Source of the DNA: Phoronis australis
Taxonomy: Eukaryota > Animalia > Phoronida
Length of the DNA: 64,000 bases
Reading direction: 5' to 3'
NCBI GenBank assembly: GCA_002633005.1
Contig: NMRA01000057.1
Span: 894,005 to 958,004 of the forward strand
Part shown: piece after piece, positions 12,479 to 25,286 of the stretch
Position numbering within the stretch: position 1 is the first letter of the stretch
How the letters are laid out: each line of letters starts with the position of its first letter
Made by a program: the position numbers and the translations under genes
The notes under the pieces: generated by a model
What the model was told of the DNA's origin: nothing
The model's database searches: none
Seen by the model: only the letters and a program-made list of their open reading frames with translations

Positions 12479-14103
12479 AGGAGAATGCCACCCGATTTAA
12501 TTAGTCTTTTTTGCCGTATTAATCGGTCTATATCCACATCGCCTCGAATACGGTCTACCTTACCTTGCCAAGAGGTGTGGCGTTAACCTGTGAGGAAGAT
12601 GAGAAACGACGCTAGCGACGTCAGTGGTTCATATGCAGAGTGAATGCCGCTATGTTGCGGTGCATCGTTCCCGCTTGTCCGAACTAAGCAGCTGCGAAGA
12701 AAGCGGTTATATCGTTTTTTTAATTCCTCGAGAGCCCGAAATGCTTAGGAAGTGGCTCATGGTAGTGAAGAATGAAATGTACGCTGTAAATAGCAAGTAT
12801 GAGGCCGTGAAACATCTCCGTGTCTGTGGCATGGAGACGTCGACAGTGCCTGATCGACGAATGCCGGCTTACCAACTCCATACGTTCCGCTGTCTGAGCT
12901 TGTTCACGGCGCCTCTCTAGTATTTCTTCATCACGGTATTTCTGTTCGAATTGATAGCCTGTGAAACTTAACGATCCACCTGCGAAGTTGGGACTGATGA
13001 GCTCTAGCTCGTCCTAAGTCGGGATTGCGAGTTGCCATGTTGGTGTTTATTACTGAGCGTTCTGTTTCAAAATGAATTATTCTCACCCTAACCAATACTT
13101 ATATAAAACTGAAACAAAGTCTGTCTCATTTGTAATGCCTTTGGAGTGTTCGTGAGTGCATATGATTTGAGAAGCCAGCAATTAATAAATCACTGCGTTA
13201 TCGGGTTTAATAAAACTAATTGACAGGACACCGAGGCCGTGTGAGCTCATGCTAATTTAGTGTTTGCTGGTAGAAACTGTTGTGAAACAACTCGATTTCC
13301 ATCACACGGCCAGGTGTTAGGGGAATCTTTATTTACACTTACATTACTCAAATAATGATGCCAATGTACAACTTCTGCTCTGACGGTGCTGTGGCCAAAG
13401 CGGAACCTGAATTCGCGGCCCCGACGAGTAAGTAGATTTGCAGTTCGTGGCTAATTCACCAACATAATCACGTGCACATTACTTTGGCTCACTAGTATAG
13501 TATTTTCTTGACTAGAAGTTTAGTTTCCATTGAACTTTGGCTGGTTTATGTTCGTGATGTCTGATCACTGCATTTCCGAGCCACTGGCTGGATAACGAGT
13601 CAATCCGGCCGGCCGCGACGGGCCTGATCGGACTCCGAGCCACTGGCTTGGATAACAAGCGTTTTGTGTTTAGAACTCAAAAAATCACAAGTCTAAACAA
13701 CACAGATCTAGGTTCTCCTGTCTGTATCTCACGGAAAATACTTCAAACTTATCTCTGAACAGACCCCAAACTCCTGCTACGGACCTTATTGGCCTGCCGG
13801 TGTGTCGAAATACCAATGAATCCGTAACAGCGAAATAAAACAACACGTTTTTATAAGCTCAGTGTATTTTTAAGGGTTTTACATCGAAGTTTGATGATTT
13901 ATTGGTATAAGCGATGATTTCAAGCGATAAGCTGACCCCAGTAACCCGTGTTGTGAACTGCTGAACAGACTGCATGTGAAACCAATGACGTCTTTGGATA
14001 ATTTCAACACCCCCGTCTGCCGTCAGGCAACGCAACCGTACGTGTCGTTTTGGAGAAGATCTAAATTGATACAAATTAGGTTGTTTTTTGAGTGGCATGC
14101 TCT
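12479..14103. mobile_element. Kolobok-like non-autonomous DNA transposon with TTAA target duplication and THAP-like remnant
   Basis: ttaa|AGGAGAATGCCAC...GTGGCATGCTCT|ttaa imperfect TIRs; absent at the paralogous site (~41335); ORF 12624-12920 has FLIPREPEMLRKW..RVC resembling a THAP finger. Confidence 0.65.
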
Positions 14104-14968
14104 TTAAAGAAACATGTAATTGCTTTAAAGCCAATTAGCACTAAGTCACCTGCAGTCTCCATATATTTGAAATTTGCAGTTCAAGTAAACAATATATTTA
14201 AAAAACGACAGTCGCTTCTTAGTGTAAATGATTTTTTTGCATTTTACGGCACAGATGCAGCTTTTGTACACTCATGTACTTAATGAGGAAGGTATACACA
14301 TTTAAGTGATTAAACGATCTTAGAACCTTCTTGAAACGTTGGTTTTGATATTCCCTGTAGCAAAATCAAATTGTATAGATACAGACTCGCAGGCTCGAGA
14401 CTTGTATGCAGAATGAGATACACCTGGTTTCCTGTATTTCCCGTGGTTCTCTACTTACATGTAAATAACGATTTTTCTAGAATACAAAAGAACTAATTGT
14501 GGATTAGCACGTGACAGGACAAGCTTTTTATTTTCATTGCTATCGAATGACTGGAAGCAATCAACGTAACTTGGGAAATGAAGATTTCTATTTAAATAAT
14601 ATAAATCATGAGTGTTGGTGTTTTATAGCTCTGACCACTGCTAATAACTCCAAGAAGCTCTACCCAAGAATAATCCTAATAATTATTGTTCCAGCCATCA
14701 AACCGATTGCATCTCTTTAAATGAACCATTCCAATGATAGATCTGGGTCTCAACCGTGACCTCTTATTATGTCTTACAAGTCAAAGTATATTAACTTCTT
14801 GTTGAATGTACATTAATACTCACATTATGAACCAGATTTCTATTTTCTATAACCTCACCATAACAACGGAATTTGATGAGCATCAACAGACATGAAATGA
14901 CAAATCTTGACACAATTACATTGTTATTTGAGCAATATACAAATAATAATATTAATTTTATATTCCAG

Positions 14969-15255
14969 GCGATTCCTTAACTAGACAAAAAGGTCAGCCC
15001 TTCAGCACTACGGACAGAGATAACGACGCCAGTATTGTAAATTGTGCTGTTAAGTATAAAGGCGCGTGGTGGTACAAAGGCTGCCACGATTCCAACCTGA
15101 ACGGTCTGTATCATCACGGTAAGCACAAGTCCTTCGCAGACGGAGTCAACTGGTACCATTACAAAGGCTACAACTACTCCTTGAAGAGAACCAGTATGAA
15201 GATAAGACCTGTCGGATTCAAATCTAGTAAATTAGAGAATTCTGGTGACATGTAG
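14969..15255 (+). CDS. Gene A terminal FReD exon d
   Basis: ccag|[72 protein letters not shown]. Confidence 0.95.
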
Positions 15256-15277
15256 AGGTAACTGACTTGAATGCGAA

Positions 15278-15283
15278 AATAAA
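15278..15283 (+). terminator. Candidate polyadenylation signal AATAAA of gene A
   Basis: 22 nt after the stop codon, followed by a T/GT-rich tract. Confidence 0.6.
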
Positions 15284-15341
15284 TGTCACGATACATACCT
15301 TTCAGTTTTTATGTATTTGGTAACTGGCAACGTGTTTGCTT

Positions 15342-16171
15342 GGGATTGTTCTGAAACCCCCTCGACCCACGACCAACAACCCCCTTGACCCACGACCTGT
15401 GGCAATAGAGGTATCTGTAAGCTTTTTACTTATTTCATAATCTTATTACGTCGCCATAAGACATTCCTACAAGCGCGTCTGCTCTGGGTGAAGTCTGGTG
15501 ATTAAAAAAGAGAAAGTGGCGTGAGAAAGCCGGTGGTCTTGAATACCGCATTGTGAGCGCGCTATCGTTATGACGTAAATAGTTCCACGAGCAGCTATCA
15601 AACGCCTTGTTCTAATAAACTTGGGGAGGTAGTACGTTAACGTGAATGTACATAATTTAATTTAATCTTTTTATTATTTGCCTTTTATTGTATAGTCGTA
15701 TGCAATATATTCCATATAACGTTGAAATATTTTTTAGTTAACAGTTTGTTTTTTCAAACTGTATTTACTGGTGAAATAACAGTTTTGTCGTTTCTTTACT
15801 CTCTCCCCAAAAAGTAGAATCTGCAATTCACTGAAGAGCAGACGAGACGATTACACTTTGGCGGGAACGACATTGGTAAATGATGGGTATGTCTTGGATT
15901 CGATTTGGTCGCGTTGTTTTTTCTGTTTTTAGATTTCAAACTTGCCAAATCGACTGCCATAATTGCAAGAAAAGATGGAAAAGCCAGCCGAACTCACGGC
16001 CCAACTCATTGGTCCTACAAGTAAGGGCTTGTTCTATGTTTAGATCGACTCCAGCTTGTGTAGACTGGGTCGTGGGTCGAGGGGATCGAGGGTCGTGGGT
16101 TGAAGAGGTTTTGGGTCGAGGGGGTTGTGGGTCAGGGGGGTTGTTAGTCGAGGGGGTTTCAGAACAAACCG
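15342..16171. mobile_element. MITE-like element with TIRs and GC-rich subterminal repeats
   Basis: Left TTGTTCTGAAACCCCCTCGAC is the reverse complement of right GTCGAGGGGGTTTCAGAACAA; repeated gacccacgacc / ggtcgtgggtc units. Confidence 0.8.
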
Positions 16172-16516
16172 TTTCTTGAACAACTGCTGGCGTTTAATAC
16201 CAGGAAAGCAACGTTAGATTCGTAGAGATGTTCGCATTTGGAATAAGGTAATCCAAACACTTTTATTCATGCAATTATGCTAAATATCATCATTCTCCAT
16301 TTTAAACGGTAAAGAAATAACAATTACTTATTTATTGAAAACAATAGAAAGACAGTAAGTCAAACCAACAGAATTACAAAATGAAAAACAATATTCAAAC
16401 AATCAGTGAATAATAAGAAATGGAAAGACCGATGAAACAAAATAAATAATAGAAGATAAATAAAATATAAATATATAAAATAGACAATAAATAATTAATA
16501 GAAGTAAGACATATCA

Positions 16517-16812
16517 TATGTATATATATATATATAATGTATATATATATATACGCACATGTAAATTCACATATACACATGCACACATATACACACATAC
16601 ATGAATACATACATACACATACAAACATTCATACATCGGTAAACACACACATACATACATACATACACACACATAAATACAAACATACACACGAATACAC
16701 AACTACACAGACACACACACACAGACACACACNNNNNNNNNNNNNNACACACACACACACACAGACACACACACAGACACACACACACACACACACGCGT
16801 AAATACATATGA
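16517..16812. repeat. Compound (TA)n/(CATA)n/(CA)n microsatellite with N gap, at the 3' end of the adjacent LINE
   Basis: Direct reading; gap at 16733-16746. Confidence 0.95.
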
Positions 16813-16899
16813 ATGAAAAAATAGTCTGATCAGGGGATACTGAATGTAAGTTTGCAAGTCAGAACACATCTACATGTAGTTAAATTGATTTCTTATAAT

Positions 16900-18735
16900 T
16901 CTTCTAAAGGTTATCACAGATGATGCAGATTTGGCATCGGAAGAGAGAGTACTCCATGAATAGGGCCTGCTGTATGAAAATTTTTCCAGCTTCGTTTTTG
17001 AGTTTCGGACGAAGGAAATTGGATGCCAATGAAGACCTAGTGTTGTATCGATTAGTAGTCATCGTAAACTTAGCACTTAAGTATGCTGGGACAAGTCGTT
17101 TAAACCATTTGTGCATACAACAAGCAGATAGGAATTTATGTCTTGTGTGTATTTTCATTATTGCATTCTCCGTATGAGTGTTTTTAATGTTAATATCTCT
17201 CACACCAGTTCCCAGAATAAATCGGACAGCCCTTTTTGGTTAACCTGGATGGTTTTCATTTCCTTGTCTGATGCAACGCACCAGACCGGGAGGCAATAAT
17301 CTGTGTGAGGTTGAACGATATCATTGAAAAGGGTTTTCAGTGTCACTCTGTTCACAAATTTACTGATGCGTTTCAATACGTCAATTTTCGTAGAAACCTT
17401 TTCGAGATATAATCAACGTGGTGGGAGAATTTAAGATGTTGATCATATATTAGTCCCACATATTTAAAGGAACTCACGTTCTCAATTCGACTTCCATCCA
17501 TACTCAGTGACAAGGTTTGGTTTCTAAGTCTTTGGGACGTGCCAAACGGAAGAGTTTTAGTTTTTGACAAATTTAAAGATAATTTATTGGATACGAGCCA
17601 ATCTGAAATGATTGCTAAATCACAGCTGAGATTGCTCTGATTTTCAGAGGAGGTACTGCCTGCGGACACTATTGTAGCGTCATCTGCATACAGAACAATC
17701 TCAGAATTTTGGATTACTGAGGGAAGAGCATTGACAAAAATGCAAAATAGCAAGGTCCCCAGTATTGACCCCTCGGAAACGCCTGTTTTAACAGATTTGA
17801 GATCAGAGATGTCTTTGTCGACATGGGTATCATGAGTTCTGTCACCAAGATAATCCTGAAACCATTTGCCTTCGACACCGACGACTACATAGGCTTTAAG
17901 CTTCTTTAACATGATAGTATGGTCAACGGTGTCAAATGCCTTCTGTAGATCAATAAATACAGCATCAGTCAATAATCCCTGTTCTATATTTCTATAAATA
18001 TGGTCAGTGACCCTAATGTTAGTCGTTAATATTGAATGGAGTTGTCGGACACCAGAGTGGGACTCAGTCAACACGACGGCGTTTTCCCGTTCAATGACTT
18101 TGCAAGAGGGTTGTGAGCATGTGATAACATCTAGCTTCTTTGTTAACTTCCAAGCACAGTCCTTTGTCTGGTATAGGAACAGGCAGGCCATTTATCTACC
18201 AGGCTTATTACAGACCACGTGTGAACACAGTCAAACCCAGAGAGAATTGGTACGTTCGGAAAGAATATATTATCGTAACTTCGGCAGTGGTTGGGCGATT
18301 TTGGTGATTCAAAAACTAAACATGATCACCATTTGACGACGCATTACAGCGTTTTCCCGTTGCTTCCAACTTGTTCGATTCCATAGCCCAACAACAGTTG
18401 TTGTTGTTGGGAAGTTTACCCCTGTAGTCAATATCTTACACGACTGATTAACTCCATTCTGGCATTCATGGTTGGAGGGCCAGCTCTCTTTTGTTAGATA
18501 ATTGCTCTAATCTTCAATGAGATCGTGTCTAGCAAGACTGGGCTGTGCTGTTAAAAATAAAAGCGGTATAGTTGAAGTTTTTAATGATAGATTGACGTAA
18601 TGGGCTGATTGTCTTAGCAGATATTTTAAGGATTTTAGTACTTATGCCGTAAATTCCAGTAGCAGAATTGCCATCCATGGATTTGAGTTGATGGCAAACA
18701 AAATTAGCGTCAACCTCTTGGAACTTAAAAGCTAT
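16900..18735 (-). mobile_element. 5'-truncated, decayed CR1/L2-group LINE (reverse transcriptase)
   Basis: ORF 17373-18191 with AVFIDLQKAFDTVDH, GVSEGSILGTLLF, YADD, WLVSNKLSLNLSKTK; downstream DYCLPVW..QKRAVR and YNTRSS; upstream fragment at 18550-18730. Confidence 0.92.
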
Positions 18736-20144
18736 AATCTCTTTACTGAGCTGGGGTGGAAATAAATGACAAGGAATGATAATGATATGGCCCCCAAAAT
18801 TTTTATAGCTTGTGGACCTGTGAAAAATCTAATCCAGCATTCTGCACTGTATTTGAATGTCATCATACATGCACATTTTTGCCACGGTGGTTAACTCGGA
18901 TACAAGCAGGTATGACGCCCGAGTCTGGAGGACATTCTACACAGAGGTTATATTAGGACTGCCATGAATATCACCTACGTATTGAGCAGTATTAATTGCT
19001 AATCCATATGATTAACACATTAAATCGACAGCAGTATATGAAACAGAAGTTCAGGATACCACTTAAGGGTACACATGAAAAAAATAGGAAAAGCCTACAT
19101 CATTTAACAACATCGTGTGATTTTGCTTTCATCGTGCTCATCGGCGCCCAAGTGAATAATTACTCATCATTATAACAGACACTACATGTAAAACAAGATT
19201 AAGATGAGCCACACGATCAGTTAACAAAACCCTAATCATGTTACCACTATTTACCTTTGTAATGAAAAAGCACAAATGCTAGTTCTGTTGGGTACAAATG
19301 CTGTCAAAGCCACATGCAGCGCCATCTCTGATTCATGTTTTAGAATGGAGTCCTTTTTTGTATTTTTTTTGAAACAGTGAATATAGGTTACCAATTACAT
19401 TGGATAATACCATAAACCAAACGGAGTTCCCGGATTGTATTAACGGCGACAATGATTCATCACTATCTCATACTTGAATTATTCAAGTTTGAAGTTGGTG
19501 ACTTCAGTGGTTTGACCATATTAGTGCTGGGTGGGACTTTAAACTAAACTCTTATCCTTCCAGACTAGCCAATGAGAAACATTGACGGTGTTACTGTGTA
19601 TAAGGTACTTCTTTACTTATTACACACAAAATAATCATCAAAATTGTCATTTTTTTATTTATTCAAACACTGCTTTCCCTCACTTACAAATACTGGGAAT
19701 TTTGACTACTGTTGTTTTATGATGCAGTACCCATATAGCCAACAATAAATTTTCTCATTTTTGTTTTTGCTGGGAAATATGACACAATAAAATTCCACTT
19801 TTTTGCCCCATTGCAAGCTAAACAGGTGAAGAAATGTCGAACACGTGGAAGTTCATAATCTTGGTGGTAGTCAATAACTACAGTAGATGTTGTCGATTTT
19901 GGCACAGTGTAAATTGTAGCTCCAAACCCTTTCATACATCAGCATTTCACGTGAAATGCATGCATCTACGTCTACTACTTAAGGCATCCAGTTAGTAAAA
20001 TCAAAATACAATAACTTAATGGGAAAATCCGATTGATATGGATAAAATGTCATCAGTTATTACTATTGAGGAAACTGAGATTTCTAGAACTGTTAAGTTC
20101 TACGTTAGTAGTTTTGACCATATCCCGGTATTAGCACTACAATT

Positions 20145-21980
20145 AAAACAAGAGTTTTGAAATGCGCCCACTCGAATGCCCCGCACACGCTGTGCTTCTA
20201 GAGTTGTTTATTTGGAATATTAAATGGCCACTAGATGACGCAAAATACGTCGAATCCATCCGAAACTGGTATGTGTCATCAAAGCTATTAAGTACCACAT
20301 TTTATAAAAATCCGTAAAGGAACTTCTGAGAAGCCGACGAAAACGAAAAAAGAAGAATGAAATTGCCATCAGGAGGCTACAGGCGCAAAAAACATAACAG
20401 CCACTAAGAGGCGCCACAGTAGATGAAATCGTCGGAAAATCATCGTCAGACTTCCTCTTCACATTAGGAACATTCATGCCAATTTCCATAACCATCTTTA
20501 GAGCGGTTTAGTTGACAGAGGGACTGATTCCAAATAACAAGACTCGAAAACAGTAAAAATGGCTACTAAGTGGCACAAAATACCAATAAATAAACCAAAA
20601 GGGATGAAAATACGTTGAACATCTTTGAAAGATACAGAGCTAAACGTAAAAAACAAAAATTGCCACTCGCTGGCAAACCAAGTAGTCCGATCCGTCCGAA
20701 AGTCGCCATTGTTTGTTGTCAAGTTCCTATAGATACACTTGCTAAATTTAATAAAGATCCTGCAGAGGATTTAGCAGATGCAGACATGGGCGTAAAACTG
20801 CCATTAGGTGCCGCCATAAATGTCGAGGTCGTCGGATAAACATCGTCAGCCCTCCTCTTCATATTAGACACATACATGCCGATTTTCCCGATCATCCTTA
20901 GAGTGGTTTGGTTGAAAAAAGGCAGATAACAAAAAAAGACTCGGAAACATTAAAAACTACCACTAGAGGGCACAAAACGCCTCAAATTCAACCGAAAACC
21001 GGACGATAGCGTCACCTGGCTAATCAATAAATCTCTGCCAAATTTTATGAAAATACGATGACGACCTTTGAAGATACAGAGGTAAACGTTAAAAGCTAAA
21101 ATTGCCACTAGGGGGCACACTGGTAAACCGATCCATCGAAAAGTCGTTTGTTGTCAAGTTCTTATAAATACACTTGCTAAATTTAAGATCCTGCAGAGGA
21201 TTTAGCAGATACAGACATGGGAGTAAAAACTGCCACTACGAGGCGCCATAGTTGTCGAGGTTGACGGAAAATCATCGTCAGTCCTATTCTTCACATTAGG
21301 AACATACATGCCAATTTCCCCGATTATCCTTCAATTGGTTTGGTTGACAGAGGACAGATGCCAAAAAAGCAGACGTAAAAATGGTCACTAGAGGGCACAA
21401 AATGCTTCGAATTCAACCAAAAACCGGATGATAGCGTCACCTCACTACCAGATACCTCTCTGCCAAATTTTATGAAAATCCGATGACGACCTTTGACGAA
21501 ACAGAGGTAAACTTAAAAAACTAAAATAGCCACTAGGCGGCACAGCGGAAGTCCGATCTCTCCGAAAGTCGTCGTGTTCTGTTGTCAACTTCATACGAAA
21601 ACAACGGATAAATTCAATAAAAAACCTGTTTAGCGTTTGGGAGATACAGCCATAGGCGCAAAAAACAAACAAAACTGCCGCTAGGAGGCGCCACAGCAGT
21701 AGAAGTCGTTGGAAAATCATCGTCAGCCGTCCTCTTCACAGCAAGAATATACTTTTCCAATTATCACAATCATTGCTAGAGCGGTTTGGTTGGTAGAAGG
21801 GCGGACGTCAAAAAACAACTCAAAAATGGCCACTAAGTGGCGCAAAGTACTTCAAATCCGTCCGAAAACGGGAAGGTGGCATCATCTCACTAATAGATGG
21901 CTAACTGCCGAATTTTATAAAAATCCATTGAGGACCTCCGATGATACAGAGATAGAGCGTAAAAAATTAAACACCGGTAG
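20145..21980 (+). repeat. Degenerate tandem array of ~140-bp monomers (3-monomer, ~400-445-bp higher-order unit), each with a CCACTAGRKGGCRC-like motif
   Basis: Recurring gccactagggggca / ccactagagggcac / gccgctaggaggcgcc and tgccaaattt..aaaatcc; aaatcatcgtcag-like blocks at ~20437, 20838, 21269, 21714. Confidence 0.85.
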
Positions 21981-24183
21981 TTGGAGAGGTTCGAAATTTG
22001 TCGTCATCTGTGGTCAGCTTCATTAGGTTCGAATCCGGCCTCGGTTTCCCGCCAAAATGTTATCTCACTATTGAGATAACTTTATGGGTTATTACACGGT
22101 TGTATATGCCAGTTGAGGCTAATATTGTGGTATAAAAGTGAATAATAATAATTTCTAGAGAAAGAGGCTCTCAGACATGCTTACTAGATGATAAAATAAA
22201 AGTCTCCAGGAATAGGGTTTGATTATAAAGGTAACTTGCTAACAGTTTCAAATCCACAGGCACACAACAATACAACATATTGGCAAGTGATGACAATCAA
22301 GAGATGGTGAAAATGAAATTAAAAAACTTGTCTGGGTTAAATAACATTAACTTTCTAAGCACACTCACCGCAAGAAGGAAAATAAATTATGGCCAAAATA
22401 AGTGCTAAATTTGAGAATGTTTTGTGCTTTTCAAAAACTCATTACACTGTACCAACTGTATTGTTTGGTGACAGCTTAACTGTATAATCCACGTTAAATT
22501 TACTTAAAATTTACTTTTTTGAGAAATTTGGCAAAATAAAATTCCAGTTTCTTGTCATACTATGTCCCACACCGAAGAATTTTCACCCATAATCCTGGAT
22601 ATAAAATACCCCTTTGAGAAACACACCAGCATTTCAACAATTGGCAGACCTGGACACAGTACAACCTTACCCTAATTTAAATTTCCCCTCTGTCTGAGTT
22701 TTCAAACAGTACCGTGTTGTTACCATGACCACAGTCTCAATGACTACCGAGTCTTTTTTCAGTTTAGCAGGCTTAACCTTTTGAACGGGAAATTTCCACA
22801 GATCGGCAGTCCCAATGAGGACTACTTTTACAAGAGTATTGCATCAAATGCCCAAGGTCGTATGGTCCTAAGGTCAGACATCCTGAAAAACTATCTTTTA
22901 CTGGTAGAGTGAGAAAGACTACTTAGCCATAATGTTTATCCCGCAAGCATACTTTTGGGCAACAAATCAGCAATAAGAAAAAATGCTGTTTTCACATCAT
23001 GATGGCTGATTATGTTATCAGCAAAAATTACAACTATTAGCCCGGCAAAATTCTGTAGAGTATGATTTAGTCATTCTATGTGCAGACAACATTGATGGAA
23101 CATGCAACAACTAGCACTCCATCTAGTGTTCGGTCATGGAACAAGTAAAATTTTTGGCCACTTTTGATGCATTTCATATTATAGGAAATCAGTGGAAACA
23201 AACTTTTGTTGTGATAAACCTGTTGACTTTTAAGATATAAGTCAGAAATGTACTTTAATATGTGTCGCAGGTTTCAAGCAGCTATGAACCCGCACCCCGC
23301 ATTTAGACAACTTGCAGGTATAAACGAGGTCTCAACTTGATCAATACTAAGATGAGAAGTGATCTGTACTTGAATACAATTTCATTATGATCTCAATCGT
23401 TTTGACCTGAACTATAATACCTATTAACTTGACCATTGGCATCATTTTTTGTCTCTTGGAAAGTTGACTGACGATCATTTCCATCGGCACTTTGTTCTGC
23501 TGAGTAGCTGCTCCGTTTCGAATGCGGGTGATGAAGGCAGTTTTCAATGTTGTAGCTAAACGATCCTGTGACGGTAGGGCCAGCGTGTGCAACATGAGAA
23601 ACAAACAAGAAGACAGTAAACCAAGATTGTCGTCCGTCATTTATGCATGACTCGAAGATTTAAATCACAAGATAAAATTTAGAAAATAAACAACTGCTGA
23701 CATCAAACAACGGTGGAAGTGGGATGTATGGTGGACCAGATACTTATAATCTAGTAACAGCAGGTCTTCAGAGTCATACTCTATCAATACAATGATGACT
23801 ACACATCTTCCTCTTAAGAAATTACATTGAGGTTATTTCCTTGAGCCTAGCCTCTCAGGGCACATAACTTCACATTATTTCCTTGAGCCTAACCTTCCTG
23901 GCATATAGCTACACTAGCCAGCTTCCTGTTCCTCTCATCTTGTTTGTATGGCGAATGGAGGCAATAAAGAGACTGAGGACCCCGAGGTCATGCGTAATTG
24001 ATTTTTGGGGTCCAGATTGACCCACTATGATATAATAAAGCTCAAGAGGACACTTTCTGAATGTGTACAAGATTTCAACATTTTTCTCAAATTATGATCT
24101 TTAAAAAGAACCGTTAAAATATTTCAAGTTTAATGCTTCTCATCAGAAGGTTCTGTTGCAGTAGCCAAGCTGTCAACAAGTAA

Positions 24184-24804
24184 AACTTTTCTCTTGCCAT
24201 ATACTTAAAATTCCATAGTGTCTGAATTACAGAGCAGTTGGGTATCAGGCTCCAGGGAGACTCTTCTTGACATCCTCAGTAATTAAGTCATAAATTCCCC
24301 CCCGCCCCCAATACTGAAGGAATCGCGGAATTTTGACAGTATTTTATGACCTACCATTTACATTACACCACTTACACTTCATAAAGTCCAACATCACTCC
24401 ACCTATGACCCCTTGATAACGTTTTTCGAACATTTGAGGACAACTAACATCAGAAAACTGGAATTGAAAACAAACAACTGTCATGTCCCATTAACTTTTC
24501 GCTTGCCATATACTTAAAATTCCATAGTGTCTGAATTACAGAGCAGTTGGGTATCAGGCTCCAGGGAGACTCTTCTTGACATCCTCAGTAATTGAGTCAT
24601 AAATTCCCCCCCGCCCCCAATACTGAAGGAATCGCGGAATTTTGACAGTATTTTATGACTTACCATTTACATTACACCACTTACACTTCATAAAGTCCAA
24701 CGTCACTCCACCTATGACCCCTTGATAACGTTTTTCAAACATTTGAGGACAACTAACATCAGAAAACTGGAATTGAAAACAAACAACTGTCATGTCCCAT
24801 TAAC
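24184..24804. repeat. Recent 309-bp tandem duplication (2 copies)
   Basis: Units starting at 24184 and 24493 differ by only a few substitutions; no N at the junction. Confidence 0.93.
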
Positions 24805-25286
24805 AACAAAGTAAAAATAATACTACCTTGTGTAACACCTAAACTTAAAATAACCCACAGAAATAACAATAACACTGTGATTGTTTGGCAACAGTAGCAT
24901 CTAAGAAGGGACGTGTAACGGTAGCCACATTTATCTCTTTACGTCAAGTTACACCAAAACCTATCAGGCCGATGTGATACAAATCAACAAAATTGAATTG
25001 TTTACAACAAAATCATGTGCTATCTGTAGGTGTTAACAAAGTCAATTTCGTTCTAAAATCGACTGGTGCCAGCAAATCCAACAATTAACCTTTGTATCGA
25101 GTTTGTTTTGACAACAATACATGTAGTCTTACTGAAAACCAGTATGGCCAATGGAAATAGCCGCGGTAGTCAAATGTGTCTAAAATCGACTTTTGTCGGC
25201 CCATCCCTTATCTGCCAAGCCGTTTTTGGATAATGAGTAGATGAACAAAAGTAACAACATGCGATGGACAAACGATAGGCTGAGTA

